From Flavobacteriales bacterium (lineage in GTDB: Bacteria > Bacteroidota > Bacteroidia > Flavobacteriales_D > CAJJDF01), in the NCBI GenBank assembly GCA_965658995.1, contig CBFHVI010000001.1:1599-65598 (forward strand): 64,000 bases of DNA. The letters are read 5' to 3'. A model generated the notes under the pieces. That model searched no databases, was not told the DNA's origin, and worked only from the letters and a program-made list of their open reading frames with translations. Of the stretch, positions 50,779 to 59,651 are shown in pieces. Within the stretch, counting starts at the first letter, position 1. The number at the start of each line of letters is the position of its first letter. The translations under genes were made by a program, and so were the position numbers.

Positions 50779-52488
50779 TTATAAATAATCCTTTACAGTA
50801 TTGTAACTTCCAATTTTTTCGATTCTTCCCTCTTTCAAAACAATGATTTTATCTAGTTTTTGACATAAAGCTTCATTAGATGATGCCAATATAAGGGTCC
50901 AGCAACGATCTTTGTGTGTTAAGAATTTTAATATTCTATTTCTTTCGTCTGGAGAAATAGCACCAAAAGCATCTTTTATTAGAAGAAGTCTTGGTTTGTC
51001 AGCAATAGCTCTAGCCAATAATATTTTATCAATTATTCCCTTCGAAAACTTCTGTCCTCTGGAGTCAATCAAGGTATCGTATCCTTTCGGCAATCTTTTG
51101 ATGTGATCTTCTAGTCCAATATTCTTAATGGCCCACTTTATGTTTTCAAAAGTTGCTTTCTCTCTGCCCATTTTGATATTATCAAAGATAGTTCCGTCAA
51201 ACAATAACTCCTCTCTTAAACAATCTCCAATAACGTTTCTTAACGTACTTAATTTTAAATTTCCTTGAGGCAAACCATTGTAGGCAATATATCCAGAAGC
51301 AGGAACATACAAGGCAGATATTAGGTACATCAAAGTTGATTTACCAGAATCATTGTCTCCATACAAAAGAACTTTTTCGTTCGGATTTATCACAACATTT
51401 ATGTCTGATAAAACTGATAAATCTTCTTGTGTGTAGCCAAAACTTACCTTGCTTAATTCCACTTTGAGTCCATTGTCGTCCATGTTATCCAAAATACACA
51501 GGCCTTCGTGATTCTCTAGTTCTAAGTCTGTAACTTGACCAATTTTTTCCAGAGAGGTAAGAACGTCATAAATTGTTTCGAGACTAACTATCAATTTTTC
51601 TACTGAATTAATTACCAAAAGAATAATTATCTCCGCTGCAACAAATTGACCAATATTCATTTGCTGTTCCATTACAAGCATACTCCCAATAATAAGCAAA
51701 CCAGATGCTACAATAGCCTTAAAAACAACCAGTAGTGAATATTGCTTTACTAGAATATTGAAATGGCTTTCCCGGGCGTCAATGTATTTATTGGTTCGCT
51801 TGTCTGTAACTTCTAGTGGCAACGAAGTTTTTCCCGCCAATTTGAAACTAATGTTGGTCCGAGCCATTTCTTGCAACCAATGGGCTACGTTGTATTTGTT
51901 TTTTGATTCTACCAAACTAGTTTCTAAACCAACTTTGGCAGTATATTGAAAAATGGCCCATACCAAAATAACCAAAATCAAACTAAAAATGATGAAAAAT
52001 GGGTGATAAAGAGATAATAATATAAGTCCAAATACTACTTGAATGGAGGCAGAAGAAAAATCAATCAATATTTTCGAAATTCCTTTTTGAACCGAAATAA
52101 TATCAAAAAAACGATTCATTAGCTCAGGAGCATAATGATTGTACAACGCTGACATTTTAATATTTGGAATTCTAAACGCAAACTCAAATGCAGCACGGGT
52201 AAATAATTTTTGCTGAAGAATCTCCGTTATTTTTAATTGACTAATTTGAAGAATACCCGAAAAAATAATTCCCAGAATAACAAAAGTTACAAGCACTATC
52301 CACGCTGTACTTACTGCACCACCTTGGATGAGATTTATGATTGCTTGAATACCAATAGGCAAAGATAAATTTACCAAACCATTGAAAATAGCATACAAAT
52401 AAATATACCTAATCTCCTGTTTATCGTTCCTCAATAGCTTCAAAAACCTTCGTAAAGGCGTAAGACTATTTTCTTTTTTTTCTTCCAT
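50779..52488 (-). CDS. T1SS-type ABC transporter (TMD-NBD fusion) with degenerate ATPase motifs
   Basis: TMD with IGQFVAAEI. Walker A GDNDSGKST is present, but the signature reads FSKGI and Walker B reads LLLIKD. Confidence 0.85.
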   Translation of the reverse strand: MEEKKENSLTPLRRFLKLLRNDKQEIRYIYLYAIFNGLVNLSLPIGIQAIINLIQGGAVSTAWIVLVTFVILGIIFSGILQISQLKITEILQQKLFTRAAFEFAFRIPNIKMSALYNHYAPELMNRFFDIISVQKGISKILIDFSSASIQVVFGLILLSLYHPFFIIFSLILVILVWAIFQYTAKVGLETSLVESKNKYNVAHWLQEMARTNISFKLAGKTSLPLEVTDKRTNKYIDARESHFNILVKQYSLLVVFKAIVASGLLIIGSMLVMEQQMNIGQFVAAEIIILLVINSVEKLIVSLETIYDVLTSLEKIGQVTDLELENHEGLCILDNMDDNGLKVELSKVSFGYTQEDLSVLSDINVVINPNEKVLLYGDNDSGKSTLMYLISALYVPASGYIAYNGLPQGNLKLSTLRNVIGDCLREELLFDGTIFDNIKMGREKATFENIKWAIKNIGLEDHIKRLPKGYDTLIDSRGQKFSKGIIDKILLARAIADKPRLLLIKDAFGAISPDERNRILKFLTHKDRCWTLILASSNEALCQKLDKIIVLKEGRIEKIGSYNTVKDYL

Positions 52489-52532
52489 TTATTTATCAAT
52501 TAGACAAACTAATACTAACTTTACTCTGCAAA

Positions 52533-52550
52533 ATAATAGTATTACTATCA
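52533..52550 (-). promoter_or_regulatory. putative TetR operator TGATAGTAATACTATTAT upstream of the ABC operon
   Basis: Palindromic core ATAGTA-A-TACTAT, matching the tetR site and abutting a near-consensus TTATTTTG element. Confidence 0.7.
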
Positions 52551-52648
52551 ATAATGCAAGTATTTTATCTATTATTTACGTTAAGGTAAGGAAAATTTCA
52601 ATATGTAGTGAACAAAAATTGCCACAAATAGGAAGATTTAGTTCATTT

Positions 52649-52664
52649 ATCGTAATATTGCAAT
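52649..52664 (+). promoter_or_regulatory. imperfect palindrome ATCGTAAT-ATTGCAAT, possible ArsR-type operator
   Basis: 6/8 inverted repeat about 40 nt upstream of the DUF6428 gene. Confidence 0.4.
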
Positions 52665-52704
52665 TAAATATGAAAATACTATCACATCTTTTTACTTTCA
52701 CACT

Positions 52705-53181
52705 ATGAAATTATCAGAATTAAAACAACAACTTTTGAGTATGGATACGCTTACATTTATTCTCCCCAACGGAACATCAGTGCCTTCACACTTTCATGTA
52801 ACTGAAGTTGGTCAAATAGAAAAAAGCTTCATTGATTGTGGTGGAATGGTACGGAAAGAAAAAACAATTGGGTTGCAATTGTGGAAATCCATTGATTTTC
52901 ATCACCGACTGAAAGCAAGTAAATTATTGTCGATTATCGAAATGAGCGAACAACAACTTCACTTATCCGATGAAGAAATAGAGGTTGAGTATCAGGGAGA
53001 AACTATCGAAAAATTTGGTCTCGCATACTCGGAAGGCATTTTTTTGCTGACTCAGACAAAAACCGCATGCTTAGCAGAAGATAGTTGTGGAATCACCCTT
53101 CCTAAAATCTCTGTATCACTTTCTGAATTAGGATCAAACGAGAAGGGAAATACGTGTACTCCCGGTTCAGGGTGCTGTTGA
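52705..53181 (+). CDS. DUF6428 family protein (usually ars-operon associated)
   Basis: Motifs VPSHFHVTEVG, FIDCGG, EIEVEYQ and C-terminal CTPGSGCC. Confidence 0.8.
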   Translation: MKLSELKQQLLSMDTLTFILPNGTSVPSHFHVTEVGQIEKSFIDCGGMVRKEKTIGLQLWKSIDFHHRLKASKLLSIIEMSEQQLHLSDEEIEVEYQGETIEKFGLAYSEGIFLLTQTKTACLAEDSCGITLPKISVSLSELGSNEKGNTCTPGSGCC

Positions 53182-53238
53182 GGATTAGATTCCCAAATCA
53201 AAGAAAATAAGTTTTACCCCCTAAAAGGAAGAATAGAT

Positions 53239-53841
53239 ATGAATCTAGATAAAAAAACACACGTACTTCATCACTTAGGGCAAGACTCTGTGCTAATGAC
53301 CCTTATTGAGTCACTAGATTTTCCTGAAATTGATAGAACCAATAATGTTTTTCACGATCTAATGAGTTGCCTAATTGAGCAACAAATTCATTACAGGAGC
53401 ACAAAGAAAATATTTAAAAAAGTACTTAATCAAGCCAAAGTGGAAGAAGTAACTCTCGATAATTTTTATAAATTGGAAGAGTCTAATTTTGGTGGTGTAA
53501 AACTCTCAATTTCCAAATACAAAACAATTCAATCTGTCATTTTGTTTTTTTCGCAAAACGAAATTGACTGGAACACTCTCAGCAACACAAGAATTCACTT
53601 ATTGCTCGGGAGTATTAGGGGAGTTGGACCAAAAACAATTGATATGATTCTACTCTATTCCTTGGGACGAGAAGACATTTTTATCTCGGATGATTATCAC
53701 ATAAAACAAATTATACCTACACTTTATGGACTTAATTGTGAGGAAAAATTAACTGCTCAAATATCAAAAATCGCCAGCCGATGGTCTCCTTATAAATCCT
53801 ACGCATTTTTGTATCTCCTTGAATTCAAACGAAAGAAATAG
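53239..53841 (+). CDS. HhH-GPD DNA glycosylase (AlkA-like, DNA-3-methyladenine glycosylase 2 family)
   Basis: LIEQQI, HhH motif IRGVGPKT, DIFISDD and RWSPYKSYA. Confidence 0.8.
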   Translation: MNLDKKTHVLHHLGQDSVLMTLIESLDFPEIDRTNNVFHDLMSCLIEQQIHYRSTKKIFKKVLNQAKVEEVTLDNFYKLEESNFGGVKLSISKYKTIQSVILFFSQNEIDWNTLSNTRIHLLLGSIRGVGPKTIDMILLYSLGREDIFISDDYHIKQIIPTLYGLNCEEKLTAQISKIASRWSPYKSYAFLYLLEFKRKK

Positions 53842-53852
53842 GAAGAAGATTT

Positions 53853-55439
53853 CTACGGATGAACCTTCTTCTTTCTGGATGCCAAAGAATGACTAGAAAA
53901 AGCGGTCAACCCATCTAGCTCCACAAATTGGCAGGTAGAACGCGAAGAGGCTCGATTTGATTGAAACTGAGAAATAAAAGACATAAAGGAATGATCTACA
54001 AAGGTAGCTTGGGAAAAATCCAATAAGATGTTTTTTTCTTCTGGGATAGAGTTAATGTGTTTTTTGAACCCAATTAAATTAGAAAAAACCGCAGCTCCTA
54101 TTATTTTGACGGTATACCCAGTTTCGGTTTCTTCAATTTCTAGATTGGCTCTAAAAAAATTGAAGAAAGAAACACCCGAAGCAAAATGGAAGATAAACTT
54201 TGTAAGAATTCCAGCAAAAACGCCCATCAATAAGTCCTCAAAAAGCGTAACCAAAATAGTCACAATAAAAAATACTAATTGCTCTCTTCCAACTCGATAA
54301 ATGTGAATAAACTCCTTGGGTGCAGCCAACCTAAAACCTGCAAATACCAGCATGGCGGCTAATGCAGAATTAGGTATTAATTCGATGATGGGTACGATAA
54401 AAATTATAGAAAGCAACAAAAATATTCCATGAAAAAAATTAGCCCATTTTGATTTGGCCCCATATCCAATGTTTGCTGAACTTCTTACAACTTCCGAAAT
54501 CATAGGCAATCCACCAAGCAAACCGGCAAGTACGTTTCCAGCTCCCTGCCCTACTAACTCTCCATTGAAATTAGAATTTCTTTGTTCGATATCAAGCGTA
54601 TCCAAGGCTTTTACGGTAAGCAATGATTCCAATGAGCTCACAAATAAAAACATGAGCACATATTTCCAAAAAGGAAAAGAAAAAAACTCTGTAAAATCTG
54701 TATTTACAGCCAAGCTTCCCCAAAAATCACCAATAATAACCAACGTATATCCTGGTTCTGTATGTTTAAAATCCCAAAATAGAGCCATTGGAATAGCAAC
54801 AAGGAGAACCGTTAAAGGAGCGGGTATTTTTCTCAGAAAACTTTTCTTAACTCCGGTAACAACAAACATTAGAAGTAGGCTAATTATTCCAATTATTGCC
54901 ACATGCTCACTAAAATTTGACAGGAACATAGGAATTGAAATCAGTAATTCTATTGGGCCTTTCGATGTATAGAGCGATGGGTCTACTCCCAAAAGAACAG
55001 GGAATTGTTTCAACATAATAATAATTCCTATGGCTGCTAACATACCATGAACGGCAGAATGAGGAAAAAAATCTGTTAGAGAACCTAACTTGAGAAACCC
55101 TAAAAATATTTGTAAAACTGCCATTGTCACAATAATGGCACATACGGTTTGCCAAGCAAATTGATTTCCTCCAAATTCTGTAACGGCTGCTGCTGAAATG
55201 GTTATAAGCCCTGCTGCGGGACCTTTGATTGACAACTCGGAAACACGAAAAAACAAAGTAAAAACTCCCCCAATAATTGCAGTCAACACTCCCATTGACG
55301 CTGGAAACCCACTCGCTTTGGCAATTCCCAAACTGAGTGGAAGAGCTAATAAAAAAACGAAGAAACCAGCAGAAATATCTGATTTAAAATTCTTTTTCAG
55401 GCTGTCTATTTCTCTTTTAGTGTTTCCCTGGTGTATCAT
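53853..55439 (-). CDS. SulP/SLC26 inorganic anion transporter with STAS-like C-terminus
   Basis: Motifs LALPLSLGIA, IKGPAAGL and GGLPMISEVVRSS. ATG 55439 is preferred because a TATCTTTG promoter element overlaps the upstream TTG. Confidence 0.9.
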   Translation of the reverse strand: MIHQGNTKREIDSLKKNFKSDISAGFFVFLLALPLSLGIAKASGFPASMGVLTAIIGGVFTLFFRVSELSIKGPAAGLITISAAAVTEFGGNQFAWQTVCAIIVTMAVLQIFLGFLKLGSLTDFFPHSAVHGMLAAIGIIIMLKQFPVLLGVDPSLYTSKGPIELLISIPMFLSNFSEHVAIIGIISLLLMFVVTGVKKSFLRKIPAPLTVLLVAIPMALFWDFKHTEPGYTLVIIGDFWGSLAVNTDFTEFFSFPFWKYVLMFLFVSSLESLLTVKALDTLDIEQRNSNFNGELVGQGAGNVLAGLLGGLPMISEVVRSSANIGYGAKSKWANFFHGIFLLLSIIFIVPIIELIPNSALAAMLVFAGFRLAAPKEFIHIYRVGREQLVFFIVTILVTLFEDLLMGVFAGILTKFIFHFASGVSFFNFFRANLEIEETETGYTVKIIGAAVFSNLIGFKKHINSIPEEKNILLDFSQATFVDHSFMSFISQFQSNRASSRSTCQFVELDGLTAFSSHSLASRKKKVHP

Positions 55440-55560
55440 TACAATATTTTGAATTATCCACAAAGATAAGATATAATCTAAATTTCTAGTGAAATGTTGG
55501 GTTTTAGACTCTCTCGACTGCGAAATGAGGAAGGACTATTAGACTAAAAATACAAAACAA

Positions 55561-55595
55561 AAAAAAGAGGTTGTAGTGAAAACGACAACCTCTTT
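55561..55595 (-). terminator. intrinsic terminator after tRNA-His
   Basis: AAAGAGGTTGT-N10-ACAACCTCTTT with a U tract on the minus strand. Confidence 0.72.
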
Positions 55596-55604
55596 ATCAA
55601 TATG

Positions 55605-55679
55605 GGTGGAAGATGGGACTCGAACCCACGACACCCGGCACCACAAACCAGTGCTCTAACCAACTGAGCTACAACCACC
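55605..55679 (-). tRNA. tRNA-His(GTG)
   Basis: G-1/C73 identity pair, D arm GCTC/GAGC, anticodon loop TT-GTG-GT, T arm GTGGG-TTCGAGT-CCCAT; promoter TATATTTG at 55701-55694. Confidence 0.92.
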
Positions 55680-55878
55680 ATTTTTTCGGTCTGCAAATAT
55701 AGATAATTTAAATTTTATCCTGCAAATTTTATCGCCAGATTTTTACGTTTATTTTTCAATCCAAATTTTGTAAATTTGGCACGCTTCCTGCTAAAGCTAA
55801 GGGAGTGTTAATACAAGCAACTACCATGTCAATTGCTCGTATTGATACAAACAAACTATCAAGTTTAAAAAAACTCAC

Positions 55879-57342
55879 ATGAAAAAAACACCACTTATTC
55901 TGCTTTTCTTATTTGTTGTATTCTCTTCACTTAGTCAAAAAAAATACGTCATAGACGTAAAGATACCGGGGCTCAAAGACTCTTTAGCTTATCTCGGAAC
56001 GTACACTGGAAAAAACTTATATTTTTACGACACGGCCGTGGTTAACGCGGATGGAAGTTTTACTTTTGAAAACGAAGACATGCCTCACGGAGTTTATGCA
56101 GTAATACCCTCGATGAATCCGCCAAAATATTTTGATATTTTGGTGAATGAGCAAAAAATTACTCTGGAAACGAATCTAGACAACCTCACTGGAAATTTAG
56201 TGGTAAAAAAATCAAAAGAGAATAAATTATTTTTTGATTACGTGCATTTCTTGGAAAAACAAGCAAAGCAAAAGGAGCCGCTCATCAAGGAAAGGAAAAT
56301 AGCATTTGAGGCAAAAGACACTAACAAAATTCAAGTGCTAAATAAAGAAATAACTAAGATTGACTCGGCAGTAATCGAGTATCAAATAGAAATTTCGAAA
56401 AAACACAAAGACACCTATTTTGGAAAACTCATTTCTATGTCCGTAGAAATTACGATTCCCGAACCGCCAATTGCAGTGGATGATACCAATAGGTGGAAAT
56501 ATGATTACTACACCAATCATTTTTGGGATAATGTAGATTTATCTGACGACAGATTAGGAAAGTCTGCTTTGTTTTACAATCAAATGGAAACTTACTTTAT
56601 GAAGGTAATTACACAAATTCCAGACACCATTAACAAACGAATAGATTCCTTTATGAATCAATTGACTCCCAATGGATTTATGATGAGATCTGCGGTGGAG
56701 TTTTTGGCTTATGCTCATGCAAAGACAAAAATTATGGGAATGGAATCAGTGTATGTTCATGTGGCAGATAATTACATCCTTAACGGAAGAAGTGAATGGA
56801 TCGAACAAGATAAAATTGAAAAACTAAGACCAAAAGTAGAGAAACTAAGACCCACATTGATAGGCAAAATCGCCCCAAACATTATATTGGCTGATACCTC
56901 TGAAAGGAAATGGATAAATTTAGCTGAAGTAAATCACGAGTACACCTTGCTTATTTTTTGGGCAGAAGATTGTGGTCACTGTAAAAAAGAAATCCCAAAA
57001 TTCAAACAAGTGTACGATAGTTTGAAAGCGGTTTCTGAAATAGATCTTGAAGTATATGCAGTGTGTACGAGTATCGAAAATGACGATTGGAGAAAATTCA
57101 TTATTGAGAAAGAACTAAATTGGATAAATGTTTCAGATTTTCAAGAAATGAGAGACGACCACATGAAATATTTAATTGAAAAGAAAACAACTCTACAAAG
57201 CATAAATTATAGAAACATATACGATGTGTTTGTAACCCCGGTAGCCTATTTATTAGATAAAGACAAGAAAATAATTGCAAAACAATTTGATTCGGAACAG
57301 CTATCAGAAATATTAAAGGTGATGAAGAATAGAAAGAAATAA
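55879..57342 (+). CDS. exported redoxin-domain protein (DUF5106-like plus TlpA/AhpC-TSA domain)
   Basis: Signal peptide, HFWDNVDLSD and thioredoxin-like FWAEDCGHCKKE. Confidence 0.8.
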   Translation: MKKTPLILLFLFVVFSSLSQKKYVIDVKIPGLKDSLAYLGTYTGKNLYFYDTAVVNADGSFTFENEDMPHGVYAVIPSMNPPKYFDILVNEQKITLETNLDNLTGNLVVKKSKENKLFFDYVHFLEKQAKQKEPLIKERKIAFEAKDTNKIQVLNKEITKIDSAVIEYQIEISKKHKDTYFGKLISMSVEITIPEPPIAVDDTNRWKYDYYTNHFWDNVDLSDDRLGKSALFYNQMETYFMKVITQIPDTINKRIDSFMNQLTPNGFMMRSAVEFLAYAHAKTKIMGMESVYVHVADNYILNGRSEWIEQDKIEKLRPKVEKLRPTLIGKIAPNIILADTSERKWINLAEVNHEYTLLIFWAEDCGHCKKEIPKFKQVYDSLKAVSEIDLEVYAVCTSIENDDWRKFIIEKELNWINVSDFQEMRDDHMKYLIEKKTTLQSINYRNIYDVFVTPVAYLLDKDKKIIAKQFDSEQLSEILKVMKNRKK

Positions 57343-57407
57343 AACTCCTCTAAACTTAATTACTCAACATTGGATTTTTTATCTTTGTGACAATCAAAGA
57401 AAAAACT

Positions 57408-59387
57408 ATGTTACATGAAATAAAACTTGGGATTCCTACAGAAATTCCAAAGAAAAAAGAATTTGATACAACAATAAGTCACGCCCCGAAAAGAAAGGAC
57501 ATTCTTTCGGATGAAGAAAAAAAATTGGCACTGAAAAATGCTTTGCGTTACTTCCCAAAAGACCAACACCCTACTCTAGTCAAAGATTTTAGAGAGGAAC
57601 TAGAAACCTACGGAAGAATTTATATGTACCGGTACATGCCGGATTACAAAATATATGCTCGTCCTATTGAGGAATATCCTGCAAAATCTAAGCAAGCAGC
57701 GGCCATCATGTTAATGATTCAGAATAATTTGGATCACGCTATTGCGCAACATCCGCACGAATTAATTACCTATGGTGGTAATGGTGGAGTGTTTCAAAAT
57801 TGGGCACAATACCTACTCACCATGCAATATTTGTCGGAAATGACAGATGAACAAACGCTTGTCATGTATTCTGGGCACCCAATGGGTTTATTTCCGTCTC
57901 ACAAAGATGCGCCCAGAGTAGTAGTTACGAATGGGATGATGATTCCAAATTACTCAAAGCCAGATGATTGGGAGAAATTCAATGCACTAGGCGTTACTCA
58001 GTACGGACAAATGACTGCCGGATCTTATATGTATATAGGACCACAAGGAATCGTGCATGGTACGACTATCACAGTTCTTAATGCCGGAAGAAAAATTTCT
58101 AAAAACGGAGAAGGACTTGCGGGTAAACTTTTTGTGACCTCGGGACTTGGCGGTATGAGCGGAGCGCAGCCCAAAGCAGGAAATATTGCCGGTTGCATTA
58201 CAGTATGTGCCGAGGTGAATGACTTTGCCTCTATCAAACGATATGAGCAAGGATGGGTAGATGAATTGATTGATGACATTGATAAGTTAGTAGAAAGAGT
58301 AAAAGATGCGAAGGAGAAGAAAGAAGTTGTGTCAATTGCTTACCAAGGAAATATTGTAGATGTATGGGAAAGATTTGAAGAAGAGAATATCTACGTGGAT
58401 TTGGGATCGGACCAAACCTCTCTTCACAATCCTTGGGCGGGTGGTTATTATCCCGTTGGACTTTCATACCAAGAAGCTAATGAGCTTATGGCTAACGACC
58501 CTGAAAAATTTAAAACTTTCATAGAGAAGTCGCTAATTAGACAAACAAATGCCATTAATAAACATGCGGCAAAAGGAACTTACTTTTTTGATTACGGCAA
58601 TGCCTTTTTGCTCGAAGCCTCACGAGCAGGAGCGAACATTATGGCTGACAACGGTATCAATTTTAAATATGCCTCTTACGTCCAAGATATTATGGGACCT
58701 ATGTGTTTTGATTATGGTTTCGGTCCATTTAGATGGGTTTGCGCCAGTGGTAAACAAGCTGATCTTGATAAAACAGATGAAATCGCCTGCAAGGTTCTAG
58801 AAAAAATGGCGAAAAATTCTCCCGAAGAGATAAAGCAGCAAATGTTGGATAATATTCAATGGATAAAAGGTGCTAAGGAAAACAAATTAGTTGTGGGTTC
58901 TCAAGCAAGAATATTGTATGCCAATGCGGAAGGTCGAATTAATATTGCTCAAGCATTCAATGAGGCTATTGAAAGGGGGGAAATTGGGGAAGTAATATTA
59001 GGGCGAGATCATCACGATGTTTCAGGAACCGATTCTCCCTACAGAGAAACTTCAAACATTTATGATGGATCTAGTTTTACTGCTGATATGGCTATTCATA
59101 ATGTTATTGGAGATTCATTTAGAGGAGCTACTTGGGTGTCGATTCACAACGGAGGTGGTGTTGGTTGGGGTGAAGTGATTAACGGTGGTTTTGGAATGTT
59201 ATTGGATGGGTCAGCCGATTCTTCAAGAAGGTTAAAATCAATGCTCTTTTGGGATGTAAACAATGGAATTGCCAGAAGAAGTTGGGCTCGAAATGAAGAG
59301 GCAATCTTTGCCATTAAACAAGCAATGAAAGACAATCCAGAATTAAAGGTTACTCTTCCTAATCTGGTTGATGAAGACTTGCTCTAA
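57408..59387 (+). CDS. hutU: urocanate hydratase (long form)
   Basis: Motifs YGQMTAGSYMYIGPQGIVHGT, GLGGMSGAQP, SDQTS, GRDHHD and HNGGGVG. A TATCTTTG element overlaps the upstream GTG, which favours ATG 57408. Confidence 0.95.
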   Translation: MLHEIKLGIPTEIPKKKEFDTTISHAPKRKDILSDEEKKLALKNALRYFPKDQHPTLVKDFREELETYGRIYMYRYMPDYKIYARPIEEYPAKSKQAAAIMLMIQNNLDHAIAQHPHELITYGGNGGVFQNWAQYLLTMQYLSEMTDEQTLVMYSGHPMGLFPSHKDAPRVVVTNGMMIPNYSKPDDWEKFNALGVTQYGQMTAGSYMYIGPQGIVHGTTITVLNAGRKISKNGEGLAGKLFVTSGLGGMSGAQPKAGNIAGCITVCAEVNDFASIKRYEQGWVDELIDDIDKLVERVKDAKEKKEVVSIAYQGNIVDVWERFEEENIYVDLGSDQTSLHNPWAGGYYPVGLSYQEANELMANDPEKFKTFIEKSLIRQTNAINKHAAKGTYFFDYGNAFLLEASRAGANIMADNGINFKYASYVQDIMGPMCFDYGFGPFRWVCASGKQADLDKTDEIACKVLEKMAKNSPEEIKQQMLDNIQWIKGAKENKLVVGSQARILYANAEGRINIAQAFNEAIERGEIGEVILGRDHHDVSGTDSPYRETSNIYDGSSFTADMAIHNVIGDSFRGATWVSIHNGGGVGWGEVINGGFGMLLDGSADSSRRLKSMLFWDVNNGIARRSWARNEEAIFAIKQAMKDNPELKVTLPNLVDEDLL

Positions 59388-59409
59388 CCTAACCTTCAAC
59401 GTAGTTAAT

Positions 59410-59445
59410 AAAAGTCTCGAGATTGCTCTTTGAGACTTTTTTTTT
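59410..59445 (+). terminator. intrinsic terminator of hutU
   Basis: AAAAGTCTC...GAGACTTTTTTTTT. Confidence 0.7.
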
Positions 59446-59599
59446 GCCCTGTATTCAAGTATATATTGTTTATTTACTATTGTTTTTTATCATTACCACT
59501 GGCTGATTTAATTCCTTTACCATGTATTTTTTTGTTTGATTCAAGTCATTTTGACCACTTGTAGGAAATCAGAATATATATGATATTTCTAATTGAAAC

Positions 59600-59631
59600 A
59601 AAAAAAGCCCCTTGTGTTAACAAGAGGCTTT
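59600..59631 (-). terminator. intrinsic terminator of the T9SS type A gene
   Basis: AAAGCCCCTTG...CAAGAGGCTTT with a U tract on the minus strand. Confidence 0.65.
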
Positions 59632-59651
59632 ACATTTTTCATTTATTTTTC

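Noticed and set aside
55454..55462. Perfect DnaA box TTATCCACA at the sulP promoter
   Set aside because: A single 9-mer in 64 kb of AT-rich DNA is plausible by chance, and there is no box cluster suggesting oriC.
52705..55604. Possible genomic island downstream of tRNA-His
   Set aside because: I found no integrase and no duplicated tRNA-His 3' end.
57408..59387. Long, eukaryote-like HutU without other hut genes
   Set aside because: The long form is common in Bacteroidota and hut genes are often dispersed.
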